The notes below the pieces were generated by a model. That model was given only the letters and a program-made list of their open reading frames with translations. It did no database searches and was not told the DNA's origin. The position numbers were made by a program, and so were the translations under genes. Positions 1 to 9,602 of a stretch of 64,000 nt of DNA are shown here, in pieces. The stretch comes from an uncultured Clostridium sp. (GTDB lineage: Bacteria; Bacillota; Clostridia; TANB77; CAG-508): positions 605-64,604 of the forward strand of contig CAMFER010000003.1 in NCBI GenBank assembly GCA_945949485.1, read 5' to 3'. The first letter of the stretch is position 1. Each line of letters opens with the position of its first letter.

Positions 1-198
1 GAAGAAACAAAAGCGAATAATATATATGATTTAGCAGGAAATGTAAGGGAATGGACAACAGAAGCTGTGTTACCTGATGACCAAGTTTATAGAGGAGGCG
101 GTTTCGGCGATGGCGGCCGTCCTAGTTACGATCGTCTCGACTATTCTCCAGACTGTACTGTCAGCCAAATCGGCTTCCGCCCAGCAATATATTTGTAG
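1..198 (+). CDS. C-terminal fragment of an FGE/SUMF1-like (formylglycine-generating enzyme family) domain protein; the 5' end lies outside the window
   Basis: Frame 1 is open from base 1 to TAG at 196-198. The translation NIYDLAGNVREWTTE..YRGGGF..IGFRPAIYL carries the GNVxEWT / RGG / GFR C-terminal signature of the FGE-sulfatase family. Confidence 0.6.
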   Translation, partial: EETKANNIYDLAGNVREWTTEAVLPDDQVYRGGGFGDGGRPSYDRLDYSPDCTVSQIGFRPAIYL

Positions 199-336
199 GA
201 CTGAGTGCTGTAAAAACTAAAATTTAAACATGTAGAAAAGTTGTTTTAAAAGTTAATATTAAACAAAAAGCTATTGGTATAATAAATGTACTATTGTATT
301 TTTTTATTTAATATTTTTAGTTGAAGGAGATTTCTT

Positions 337-1128
337 ATGAATATAATTTCAAGTAAAGATAATGAATTGGTAAAGTCAGTAAAAAAACTAAAAGAGAAGA
401 AATATAGGGATTTAGAGAATGCATATATTGTAGAAGGAATAAAAATGGTAAAAGAAGCAATCATGGAAAAAGCTTCAATTAGACAAATAATATTATGTGA
501 TGACTGTGAAAAATCTGATAGCATATCAAAAGAACTAATGTATGAAATAGCAAAATATGATTGTGTATCAGTAACAGCAAAAGTATTTAAATATATAACA
601 GAAGTTCAAACTCCACAAGGAGTATTAGCTGTTGTAGAGAAAAAGTCTAACAAATATGACATAGACTACAATGATGATATAATTGTAGCTTTAGATGATG
701 TACAAGACCCAGGAAATTTAGGAACAATACTAAGAACTTTAGATAGTGTGGGAATTAAACAAGTTATTGTATCTAAAAAAACTGCAGATGCATATAATCC
801 TAAAGTTGTAAGATCAACAATGGGAGCAATATTTAGAATTAATATAATTGAAAGTGATGATTTAGAAAAAACATTAAAAGAAATAAGAAAAAATAAGTTT
901 AAAATTGTTGTATCGTCATTACAAACAAATAATAGTATATATGATATAGATTACAAAAAGAAAGTAATTGTAGTAGGAAATGAGGCAAATGGTGTAGAAA
1001 AAAATATTCAAGAGATGGCAGATGAGAAAATAAAAATACCAATGCTTGGAAAAACAGAAAGTCTAAATGCTTCAGTTGCAACAGGTATCATATTATATGA
1101 ATATGTAAGACAAAAATTAGGAAAATAA
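337..1128 (+). CDS. TrmH/SpoU-family RNA 2'-O-methyltransferase (RlmB/YsgA-like)
   Basis: 263-aa ORF with a GAAGGAG SD upstream. SpoU motifs are present: DPGNLGTILRT, VVGNEANGV, LNASVATGIILYE. Confidence 0.85.
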   Translation: MNIISSKDNELVKSVKKLKEKKYRDLENAYIVEGIKMVKEAIMEKASIRQIILCDDCEKSDSISKELMYEIAKYDCVSVTAKVFKYITEVQTPQGVLAVVEKKSNKYDIDYNDDIIVALDDVQDPGNLGTILRTLDSVGIKQVIVSKKTADAYNPKVVRSTMGAIFRINIIESDDLEKTLKEIRKNKFKIVVSSLQTNNSIYDIDYKKKVIVVGNEANGVEKNIQEMADEKIKIPMLGKTESLNASVATGIILYEYVRQKLGK

Positions 1129-1144
1129 GAAAGAAGGAAAAAAT

Positions 1145-1645
1145 ATGAAAATGCATATAGTTATGGTTGAGCCAGAAATTCCTCAAAACACAGGAAATAT
1201 TGCAAGAACATGTGCAATAACAGGAGCTAAACTTCACTTGGTTCACCCATTGGGATTTAAAATAGATGATAAATCAATAAAAAGAGCAGGTTTAGATTAT
1301 TGGGATAAACTTGAAATAGAAGAACATAACTCATTAGAAGAATTTTTAAAGAAATATAAACCAGAAGAAAATAATATGTTTTTTGCTACAACAAAAGGAA
1401 AAACAAAATATACAGATATAGATTATTCTAAAATGGATGAAGTTTTTGTACTATACGGAAAAGAGACAAAAGGATTACCAGAATGGCTTTTAGAAAAATA
1501 TTTAAATACTAAAACTATTAGAATACCAATGCTTCCAACATTAAGGTCATTAAATCTATCTAATTCAGTGGCAATCATAACATATGAAATATTAAGACAA
1601 AAGAATTTTGAAGATTTACAAGAAATAAGTACATATTTTGATTAA
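1145..1645 (+). CDS. trmL: tRNA (cytidine/uridine-34 2'-O)-methyltransferase TrmL
   Basis: 166-aa single-domain SpoU methylase: HIVMVEPEIPQNTGNIARTC..LHLVHPLGF, LNLSNSVAIITYE. An SD lies 7 nt upstream. Confidence 0.85.
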   Translation: MKMHIVMVEPEIPQNTGNIARTCAITGAKLHLVHPLGFKIDDKSIKRAGLDYWDKLEIEEHNSLEEFLKKYKPEENNMFFATTKGKTKYTDIDYSKMDEVFVLYGKETKGLPEWLLEKYLNTKTIRIPMLPTLRSLNLSNSVAIITYEILRQKNFEDLQEISTYFD

Positions 1646-1655
1646 TGAAATGGAG

Positions 1656-1690
1656 AAGTTTGTAAAAATACTTGCAAACTTTTTCTTTTT
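1656..1690 (+). terminator. Intrinsic terminator after trmL
   Basis: Stem AAGTTTGTAA / TTGCAAACTT (one G-U pair) followed by TTTTCTTTTT. Confidence 0.7.
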
Positions 1691-1979
1691 GTGTTTTAAT
1701 ATATACATAAATTTATTAGATTCTTAAATATTTTAAATTAATTCTAAAATTAAAATTTAAATCAAAATTTTAAATCAAAAATATCCAAAAAATTAATATA
1801 TTCTAAAGAAGAGAGGTGATAGAAAAATCAGGTCTTTTACATATTCTGATTATATAAAATGTATTCATACTTTAAAATTACAGAATATATATCAAGTTAA
1901 AGAAGAAAAAACTAAATATATTGTAGAAAAAGATTATAAAACTAGAAATGAGATAATTAACAAAAAAGAATTAATAGAT

Positions 1980-2645
1980 GTGCTAGATAATAATAAAGAG
2001 ATGGCAAATCTTATAAATACATATCTAACACCTAAAAAAAGAATAAAGGAAAATTCATTGCAAAAGGTAAACGTTGAATATATAAATAAAAGATATACAA
2101 ATGATAAGATAGATTTGATATATAAATGGAAAAAAGAAGAAGTAATTTTTTTAATAAAGTATCAATTTGATTTAGATGATAATTTACCATTAAAAATACT
2201 TAGTTATTGTATAGATATAATGAGAGAAGGGATAAAAAATTCAAAACAAAAAAATATAATTTATCCAATAGTAGTACCAATAGTTGTATATGTTAATAAT
2301 AAAAAATGTAAGGTTACAAATAATTTTAAATACATACAAATAGAAGATAGTATGTATAGAAAATATAAAATAGATATGAAGTATAATTTGATTGATATAA
2401 ATAGATTATCTACTAGTTTTTTATTAAATAATAGGAGTATATTTGGATATATAATGTTACTACTAAAATCAGAAGACAAAGATAAGTTTGAAAAGAACTT
2501 AAATATAATATTAAAAATAGAAAAAAAGAATAAAGAACTATATGAGAAAATAATAAAAATATTTAATTTAGAAAGTGAGGTGCAAAGAAGCAAAATAAAT
2601 ACATTAAGAAAATTAAAGTATTTATTAGAAAATAAAGATTTATAA
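1980..2645 (+). CDS. Rpn/YhgA-like (PD-(D/E)XK putative transposase family) protein, possibly degenerate; the true 5' end is uncertain
   Basis: The pattern DLIYKW..VIFLIKYQ..LPLKILSYCIDIM..YPIVVPIVVYVNNKKC resembles the Rpn/transposase_31 core. The frame stays open upstream to a strong SD (GAGAGGTGAT, 1811-1820) with no ATG/GTG/TTG. Confidence 0.4.
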   Translation: MLDNNKEMANLINTYLTPKKRIKENSLQKVNVEYINKRYTNDKIDLIYKWKKEEVIFLIKYQFDLDDNLPLKILSYCIDIMREGIKNSKQKNIIYPIVVPIVVYVNNKKCKVTNNFKYIQIEDSMYRKYKIDMKYNLIDINRLSTSFLLNNRSIFGYIMLLLKSEDKDKFEKNLNIILKIEKKNKELYEKIIKIFNLESEVQRSKINTLRKLKYLLENKDL

Positions 2646-2684
2646 AAAATAAAAAAATAATATCAAATAGTTGATAAATAGAAA

Positions 2685-2727
2685 AAGCCTAGAAGAGAAA
2701 ATGTATAAGTTTCTTATCTAGGCTTTA
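2685..2727 (+). terminator. Hairpin terminator after the Rpn-like gene
   Basis: AGCCTAGA..TCTAGGCT stem with an extended imperfect lower stem, followed by TTTAT. Confidence 0.5.
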
Positions 2728-2801
2728 TATATTTATTTTACAAGAACCAAAAATATTGTTTTACATAAAATATAATATAACAATATGTGAAGGAGGAAAA
2801 A

Positions 2802-3572
2802 ATGAAAAATATATTAGAAGTAAAAAACGTTAGTAAAACCTATCAAACAAAAAAAGATGAAGTTAAAGCACTTGATAATGTTAGTTTTAGAGTAAAGGAA
2901 GGAGAATTTGTAAGTATAATTGGGCCAAGTGGATGTGGTAAATCAACACTTCTTTCAATAATTACAGGATTAGAAGAAAAAACAGCTGGAGAAATATACA
3001 TAGAAGGAGAGTTAGTAAATAATATTTCAGATAAAATTGGATATATGCTTCAAAGAGATTGTTTACTTGAATGGAAAACAATAATGGATAATATCTTATT
3101 CGGACTAGAAATAAAAGAAAAAGGCAAAGTAAAACAAGAAGACAAAAAATATGCAGAAGAATTACTAAAAAAATATAACTTATATGAATTTAAAGATAAA
3201 TATCCTTCAGAACTATCAGGGGGAATGAGGCAGAGAGTTGCATTAATTAGAACTTTAACAATCAGGCCCAAAATATTACTATTAGATGAAGCTTTTTCAG
3301 CATTAGATTATCAAACAAGAATCATGGTAACAAATGACATATATAAAATACTAAGAAAAGAAAAAATCACAGCAGTTATAGTTACTCATGATATTTCAGA
3401 AGCAATAAGTATGTCTGATAGAATATTAGTTTTAAGCAAAAGACCAGGAAGAGTAAAAGATATTCAAAAAATAGAATTTGATATAGAAAATAGAAATCCA
3501 ATAAATTGTAGAGAAAGCCCAAAATTTAGCAAGTACTTTGATACTTTATGGAAGGAGTTGGGGATAGATTGA
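2802..3572 (+). CDS. ABC transporter ATP-binding protein (NitT/TauT nitrate/sulfonate/taurine family)
   Basis: Walker A GPSGCGKST, signature LSGGMRQR, Walker B LLLDEAFSALD. ATG at 2802 lies behind the GAAGGAGG SD. Confidence 0.9.
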   Translation: MKNILEVKNVSKTYQTKKDEVKALDNVSFRVKEGEFVSIIGPSGCGKSTLLSIITGLEEKTAGEIYIEGELVNNISDKIGYMLQRDCLLEWKTIMDNILFGLEIKEKGKVKQEDKKYAEELLKKYNLYEFKDKYPSELSGGMRQRVALIRTLTIRPKILLLDEAFSALDYQTRIMVTNDIYKILRKEKITAVIVTHDISEAISMSDRILVLSKRPGRVKDIQKIEFDIENRNPINCRESPKFSKYFDTLWKELGID

Positions 3573-4379
3573 ATAATTTAGTCATGTCAAAAGAAAGAAA
3601 AAAGTATTTGAAAAATATAAAGAAAAATAAATATTTAGTATTTATAACACAAGTAGGATTATTAATAGCTTTTCTTGCAATATGGGAAGTATTAGCGAAT
3701 TATGAAATAATAGATAGTTTCATAACCAGCAAACCAAGCCAAATATATGAAACATTTATAAGTCTATTTTCTGATAATCTATTAAAACATGTATGGGTTA
3801 CAACATATGAAACATTAGTTGGATTTTTACTAGGAACTTTTTTAGGAATAATAATTGCAATAATACTTTGGTGGTCAGAATTTATATCAAAAGTTGCGGA
3901 ACCATATTTAGTAGTACTAAATAGTCTTCCAAAAGTAGCATTACGGACCAGTAATAATAATATGGGTAGGAGCAGGAACACCAGCAATTATAACTATGGC
4001 AATATCAATATCACTAATAGTAACAATATTAGAAAATTTAAATGGATTTACAAAAACAGATAAAGAACTAATAAAAATGGCAAAAACATTTAATGCAACT
4101 AAATATCAGATATTAACCAAAATAGTAATACCTTCAAATTTATCAACATTTATAAACTCACTAAAAGTTAATATTGGATTATCACTAGTTGGCGTAATAT
4201 CAGGAGAGTTTTTAGTATCAAAAGCAGGATTAGGATATTTAATTGTATATGGAGGTCAGGTATTTAAACTAGATTTAGTAATGACAAGTGTAATAATCTT
4301 AGGAATAGTTTCAGGTTTAATGTATTTAGCAGTATTGTTATTAGAAAAGTTTATTATAAAAACTAAAAAATTTAAATAA
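3548..4379 (+). pseudogene. ABC transporter permease (NitT/TauT family), frame broken at 3944 (TTA C GGA)
   Basis: Two overlapping ORFs (3548-4063, 3996-4379). Skipping C3944 gives a continuous LNSLPKVALGPVIIIWVGAGTPAIITMAISISLIV. The exact start is uncertain (ATG 3548 or 3584). Confidence 0.8.
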
Positions 4380-4393
4380 GGAGTGATTTAGAA

Positions 4394-5392
4394 TTGAAAA
4401 AAAGAATGTTTGTAATAGCTATAATAATATTAATTGTAGCTATGGCACTAGGAATTTATGGAGTAAATAAAAAACAAAACCAAGATAATGGTATTACAAC
4501 AGTAAAAGTAAATGAAGTAACAAGATCAGTATTTTATGCACCACAATATGTGGCGATAAATAATGGATATTTTGAAAAAAGAGGGATAAATATAGAACTT
4601 ACAACAGGTCAAGGAGCAGATGCAGTGATGACGGCAGTATTAAGTAACCAATGTGATATAGGATTTGCTGGACCAGAAGCATCAATATATGTATATAACG
4701 AAGGAAAAGAAGACCATACACAAGTATTTGCACAAATGACTAAAAAAGATGGTTCATTTCTAATTGCAAGAAATGATACAGAAAACTTTAGTTGGCAAGA
4801 TTTAAAAGGAAAAACAGTAATACCAGGAAGAAAAGGTGGAGTACCATATATGACACTAGAATATGTGTTAAGACAAAATGGTATAGACCCAGAAACAGAT
4901 GTAGTATTAGATGATAGTATAAAATTTGACTTAATGGCAGGAGCTTTTACAAGTGGAAATGCAGACTATGTAACACTATTTGAACCAACAGCATCATTAA
5001 CAGAAAAAGAAGGAAAAGGATATATAGTAGCATCAGTAGGAGAAGCAGCAGGAGAAATACCATATACAGCATATTTTGCTAAAAAAAGTTATTTAAGTGA
5101 AAATAAAGACTTGGTTCAAAGATTCACAGACGCAATATATGAAGCACAAATATGGACTAAAGAACACTCAAGTGAAGAGATAGCAGAAGCAATAAAAGAC
5201 TTCTTCCCAGATACAGAAACAGAGCTATTAGCAGAAGTAATACAAAACTATAAAAACATAGATGCTTGGAATGACAATCCAACACTAACAGAAGAATCCT
5301 TTGACAGACTACAAGAAGTAATGATACAAGCAGGAGAACTAAAAGAAAAAGTACCATATGAAGCCATTGTTACAAATGAGTTCCACCAATAA
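4394..5392 (+). CDS. ABC transporter substrate-binding protein (NMT1/THI5-like, NitT/TauT family)
   Basis: 332 aa with an N-terminal signal anchor. TTG start lies 8 nt after the AAGGAGTGA SD. It follows the ATPase and permease in the same operon. Confidence 0.8.
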   Translation: MKKRMFVIAIIILIVAMALGIYGVNKKQNQDNGITTVKVNEVTRSVFYAPQYVAINNGYFEKRGINIELTTGQGADAVMTAVLSNQCDIGFAGPEASIYVYNEGKEDHTQVFAQMTKKDGSFLIARNDTENFSWQDLKGKTVIPGRKGGVPYMTLEYVLRQNGIDPETDVVLDDSIKFDLMAGAFTSGNADYVTLFEPTASLTEKEGKGYIVASVGEAAGEIPYTAYFAKKSYLSENKDLVQRFTDAIYEAQIWTKEHSSEEIAEAIKDFFPDTETELLAEVIQNYKNIDAWNDNPTLTEESFDRLQEVMIQAGELKEKVPYEAIVTNEFHQ

Positions 5393-5468
5393 AGTGTACC
5401 ACGATTTTTGTCGAAAAAAGTCTTTATTAATCGATAAGAAAAAGTTTACACATATAACAAAAAACATA

Positions 5469-5497
5469 TTGACAAATAGAACTCATAATGTTATATT
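5469..5497 (+). promoter_or_regulatory. Sigma-A type promoter for the XRE regulator gene
   Basis: TTGACA (5469-5474), 17-nt spacer, TATATT (5492-5497). Confidence 0.55.
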
Positions 5498-5523
5498 TAC
5501 TTTTGGAAAGGGGCGTATAAAAT

Positions 5524-5856
5524 ATGGATGTAGATTATAACCTTATTGGAGAGAGAATAAAACAAGCAAGAAAGAAAAAAGGATGGTCACAAGAGAGATT
5601 ATCAGAAGAAATTGATGTAACAATAGCATATCTAAGTAGAGTAGAAAGAGGAGGCAGTCAAGTAAATTTAAAAAGATTAGCCCAAATTGCTAAAGTGCTA
5701 GATACATCTATAGAAACTTTGATTACAGGAACTATTCCGAGCGCTGAAAAATATTTAGATAAAGATTTATACAATATATTGTTAAATTGTACGCCAGCAA
5801 AACAAAGATTGATATATAACATTGCAAAAATTGTTGCAGGATCAGATTTTGTGTAA
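5524..5856 (+). CDS. XRE-family helix-turn-helix transcriptional regulator
   Basis: IGERIKQARKKKGWSQERLSEEIDVTIAYLSRVERG is a classic Cro/C1 HTH. It is a paralogue of the gene at 49757-50083. Confidence 0.85.
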   Translation: MDVDYNLIGERIKQARKKKGWSQERLSEEIDVTIAYLSRVERGGSQVNLKRLAQIAKVLDTSIETLITGTIPSAEKYLDKDLYNILLNCTPAKQRLIYNIAKIVAGSDFV

Positions 5857-5993
5857 TAATAGCCTTTACAAAATAATAAAAATAGTATAAACTACAGATA
5901 GTGGAAAAGTAGGGACAGGTACTTATGCCAAAATATAATGGATATAAGCCTGTCTCAATTTGATAATTTACGAAATGATAAAGGTGATAATAA

Positions 5994-8900
5994 ATGTATT
6001 TAAAAAGATTAGAATTACAAGGATTTAAATCATTTGCAGATAAAACTGTATTAGAATTCATGCCAGGAATTACAAGTGTAATAGGACCAAATGGTTCAGG
6101 AAAAAGTAACATATCTGACAGTATAAGATGGGTTCTTGGTGAACAAAGTATGAAATCCTTAAGAGGATCAAAATCTTTAGATATAATATTTTCAGGAACA
6201 CAAAATAGAAAATCTTTAGGATTTGCAGAAGCTTCATTAGTATTTGATAACCAAGATGGATCTCTACCAATAGAATATACAGAAGTAACAGTAACAAGAA
6301 AAATATATAGAACAGGTGAAACAGGATACTATATTAACAAAGTACCTTGTAGGCTAAAAGATGTACTAGAATTATTTATGGATACAGGTATAGGAAAAGA
6401 TGGCTATTCAATAATTGGACAAGGTAAAATAGATGAAATATTAAGTAATAAGTCAGAAGATAGAAGACATATATTTGAGGAAGCGGCAGGAATTGTTAAA
6501 TATAGAACTAGAAAACAAGAGTCTGAGAAAAAGTTAGAACATACAAAACTAAATTTATTAAGAATCAATGATATTTTAGCAGAAATAGAAGGAAATATAG
6601 AACCATTAAAAGTTCAAGCAGAAAAGGCAAAAAAATATTTAAATCTAAGAGAAGAATTAAAGAATATAGAGATAGGATTATTTATATATAACATAGAAAA
6701 ATATAAAAAAGATTTAGAAGAAATTGTAAAAGATGAAGAAATATTTAAAGCACAATGTAATGAAGAAGAAGGAAAACTAGAAAGATTAAAACAGCTAAAA
6801 GAGCAATTAAAAGTAGAAATAGATGACATTACAAACAAGATTGAAGAAATGTCTAATCTTGGATTTGAAAGTCAAAAAGAAATAGAAATGTTAAATTCCG
6901 ATATTAATGTTGCAAATACTAGAATACATAACAATGAAGAAAATAGTGCAAGATTTGAAAAAGAAATAGAAGAACTAAAAGTAAGAATAGAAGAACTTAA
7001 AGAAGAGATTGAGCAAAAGAAAGAAAAGAAAAATAATTTAAGACAAAATAAAGAAAAATTTCAAAAAGAATTAGAAGAGAAAGAAAAAGAATTAGAGGAA
7101 ATAAATAAAAAGTTATCAGCTAAAGAACTAGAAATAGAAGGATATAAAAAGACAGTTGAAGAGAATATAGATAAAAAATATGAATTACAATCACAAATAA
7201 ATACTCAAGAAATAAACTATGAAAATTATCAGAAAAGACAATCTCAAATTAATTCTGAAATAACTTCACAAATATCAGAACTAGATAGTACAAGATTGGA
7301 AAAAGATGAAATATCAAAAGATTTTTATGAAATAGAGAGTAAGAGAAATAAGATTGTTTCTAGTTTGGAAGAAATAAATAATAAAAAGCAACAAGCTGAG
7401 CAAAAAATAAAAGATTATGATATGCAAATAAATAATTATCAAAATGAAATAAGAATAAAAGAATCTAAACTTAAATTTCTAATTGAAACTGAAAAAGAAA
7501 AAGAAGGATACATAAAAAGCGTAAAATCTTTATTAAAAGATTGTGAAAATGTAAAAGAATTAGGCAAAGGAATGCATGGAGTACTTGCAAATGTAATTGA
7601 TGTTCCAGAAGAATATCAAACAGCAATAGAAATGTGTTTAGGTGCAAGTTTGCAAAATATTGTAACAGACACAGAAGATGATGCCAAAAGATTAGTAGAA
7701 CATTTAAGAAAAAATAATTTAGGAAGAGCATCATTTTTACCAATTTCGTCAGTAAAAGGGAGAAAACTTGATAAAATAAAAAGTAAAGAAAAAGGTATAA
7801 TAGGAATTGCATCTGATTTAATTAAATTTGATAAAAAATATGAACAAATAATTATCAATTTATTAGGTAGAACAGTTATTGTAGATAATATGGATACAGC
7901 AATAAAAGTATCAAAACAAAATGGATATTCTTATAGAATAATCACTATAGAAGGAGATATTATAAATCCTTCTGGAGCTATAACTGGAGGTTCTGTTTCT
8001 AAAAAGACTGTGAATATATTAGGTAGAGGAAAAGAAATAGAAAAATTAGAAAAAGATATAAAACAATTAAAACAAAAAGTTTCTAAAATAGAAAAAGACA
8101 AAGAAGAATACAAAGAAATGATTGAAAATGTATTCGAAGAGTCTGAGAATTTATCAAGAGAGTTACAAGAAATTGATATTACATATGCTACAGAAAAACA
8201 AAAAGTAATATCTATAGAAGAAAATATTTCAAAAATCGAAACAAGATTAAATAAATTAAAAGATGAAAAAAATCACTTAGAAGAACAAAAAAATGAAAGT
8301 AATAAAAATAAAGAAGATATCAAAAAAGAAATAGAACAATTAACAGAGCAAACAGAAAAATTATCAAAAGTTATTAAAGAAAATGCAGATTTCAATAAAG
8401 ATAATCAAAAATATGTAGATGACTTAAATTTAGATATCACAAATTTAAAAATTTCAGTAAGTTCATTTGATGAAAGCGAAGTTTCAATTAAAGAAATAGA
8501 AGATAGAATTAATTCAGAAATTGATAATAATTTAAAAAGTATAAAAAACAAAGAAGAACAGATAGAACATATCAAAAAAGATAATTTGGATTTAAAAAAT
8601 TTAATAGAAGAAACAAAACAAAAGATAGAACAAATAAAAGAAGATGTAAAAAATAGTGGATCAAAAATAGAAGAATTGAAAAATTTAAGAGTTACTAAGA
8701 ATGAAAAATTAGCAACAGAGGAAGAAGAAATATCAGGCAAGTTTAAAGTTATTGAAGATTTAAAATCTCAAATTATGAAAGTAGATATGAAAAAGAGCAA
8801 AATAGAAGAAGATATAAATTCAACTATAAATAAGATGTGGGAAGAATACGAATTAACTCCTAATAATGTAGGTGATTATAAAAAACCAGAAAATGTTCAA

Positions 8901-9539
8901 TTAACAGTAAAAAAAGTAAATTCATTAAGAAAAGAAATAAGAGAACTTGGAAGTGTCAATGTTGATTCAATAGAAGAATACAAATCACTGAAAGAAAGAT
9001 ATGACTTTATGAGTGAGCAAAGATTAGATTTAGAAGATACAATGGCAAAACTAAGAAAAATAATTCAAGATATGACAAAAACTATGAAAGAGCAATTTAA
9101 AACACAATTTGCACTGATTAATAAGAATTTTAGCGAAGTATTTCAAGAATTATTTGGAGGAGGAAAAGCTTCTCTTTCTCTAGAAGATGAAGAAAATATT
9201 CTAGAGTGTGGAATCAATATAACTGTACAACCACCAGGAAAGAAACTTCAAAATATGATGTTACTATCAGGTGGAGAAAAAGCATTTACAGCAATTGCAT
9301 TATTATTTGCAATATTAAAAATAAATCCTGCACCATTCTGTGTACTTGACGAAATAGAAGCAGCATTAGATGATGTCAATGTGTATAGATTTGCAGAATA
9401 TCTAAAGAAATTTTCTAAAGATACTCAATTTTTAGTAATAACACATAGAAAAGGAACAATGGAGGCAGCAGATACTGTATATGGAGTAACAATGGAGGAA
9501 AATGGAATTTCAAAATTATTATCTATAAAACTTAAGTAA
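5994..9539 (+). CDS. smc: Chromosome segregation protein SMC
   Basis: 1181 aa with N-terminal Walker A GPNGSGKSN, long coiled coils, a hinge, and C-terminal LSGGEK / VLDEIEAALD. Confidence 0.97.
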   Translation: MYLKRLELQGFKSFADKTVLEFMPGITSVIGPNGSGKSNISDSIRWVLGEQSMKSLRGSKSLDIIFSGTQNRKSLGFAEASLVFDNQDGSLPIEYTEVTVTRKIYRTGETGYYINKVPCRLKDVLELFMDTGIGKDGYSIIGQGKIDEILSNKSEDRRHIFEEAAGIVKYRTRKQESEKKLEHTKLNLLRINDILAEIEGNIEPLKVQAEKAKKYLNLREELKNIEIGLFIYNIEKYKKDLEEIVKDEEIFKAQCNEEEGKLERLKQLKEQLKVEIDDITNKIEEMSNLGFESQKEIEMLNSDINVANTRIHNNEENSARFEKEIEELKVRIEELKEEIEQKKEKKNNLRQNKEKFQKELEEKEKELEEINKKLSAKELEIEGYKKTVEENIDKKYELQSQINTQEINYENYQKRQSQINSEITSQISELDSTRLEKDEISKDFYEIESKRNKIVSSLEEINNKKQQAEQKIKDYDMQINNYQNEIRIKESKLKFLIETEKEKEGYIKSVKSLLKDCENVKELGKGMHGVLANVIDVPEEYQTAIEMCLGASLQNIVTDTEDDAKRLVEHLRKNNLGRASFLPISSVKGRKLDKIKSKEKGIIGIASDLIKFDKKYEQIIINLLGRTVIVDNMDTAIKVSKQNGYSYRIITIEGDIINPSGAITGGSVSKKTVNILGRGKEIEKLEKDIKQLKQKVSKIEKDKEEYKEMIENVFEESENLSRELQEIDITYATEKQKVISIEENISKIETRLNKLKDEKNHLEEQKNESNKNKEDIKKEIEQLTEQTEKLSKVIKENADFNKDNQKYVDDLNLDITNLKISVSSFDESEVSIKEIEDRINSEIDNNLKSIKNKEEQIEHIKKDNLDLKNLIEETKQKIEQIKEDVKNSGSKIEELKNLRVTKNEKLATEEEEISGKFKVIEDLKSQIMKVDMKKSKIEEDINSTINKMWEEYELTPNNVGDYKKPENVQLTVKKVNSLRKEIRELGSVNVDSIEEYKSLKERYDFMSEQRLDLEDTMAKLRKIIQDMTKTMKEQFKTQFALINKNFSEVFQELFGGGKASLSLEDEENILECGINITVQPPGKKLQNMMLLSGGEKAFTAIALLFAILKINPAPFCVLDEIEAALDDVNVYRFAEYLKKFSKDTQFLVITHRKGTMEAADTVYGVTMEENGISKLLSIKLK

Positions 9540-9544
9540 AAATA

Positions 9545-9573
9545 TTGACCTTTCTATATAAAAAAAGTATAAT
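9545..9573 (+). promoter_or_regulatory. Sigma-A type promoter for the orphan ORF 9603-9893
   Basis: TTGACC (9545-9550), 17-nt spacer, TATAAT (9568-9573). A GGAGGAGG SD follows. Confidence 0.6.
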
Positions 9574-9602
9574 AAAAAATACACCAAGAGGAGGAGGTAA
9601 AA

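Noticed and set aside
1745-1790. Short A/T tandem repeat (AAAATTTAAATC AAAATTTTAAATC) as a possible CRISPR or iteron.
   Set aside because: There are only two imperfect copies in low-complexity intergenic DNA. There is no spacer structure, and I saw no cas genes in this window.
5358-5540. 60-aa plus-strand ORF bridging the substrate-binding protein gene and the XRE gene.
   Set aside because: It spans the stop of the upstream gene and the predicted promoter and SD of the XRE gene. It has no SD and no recognisable product.
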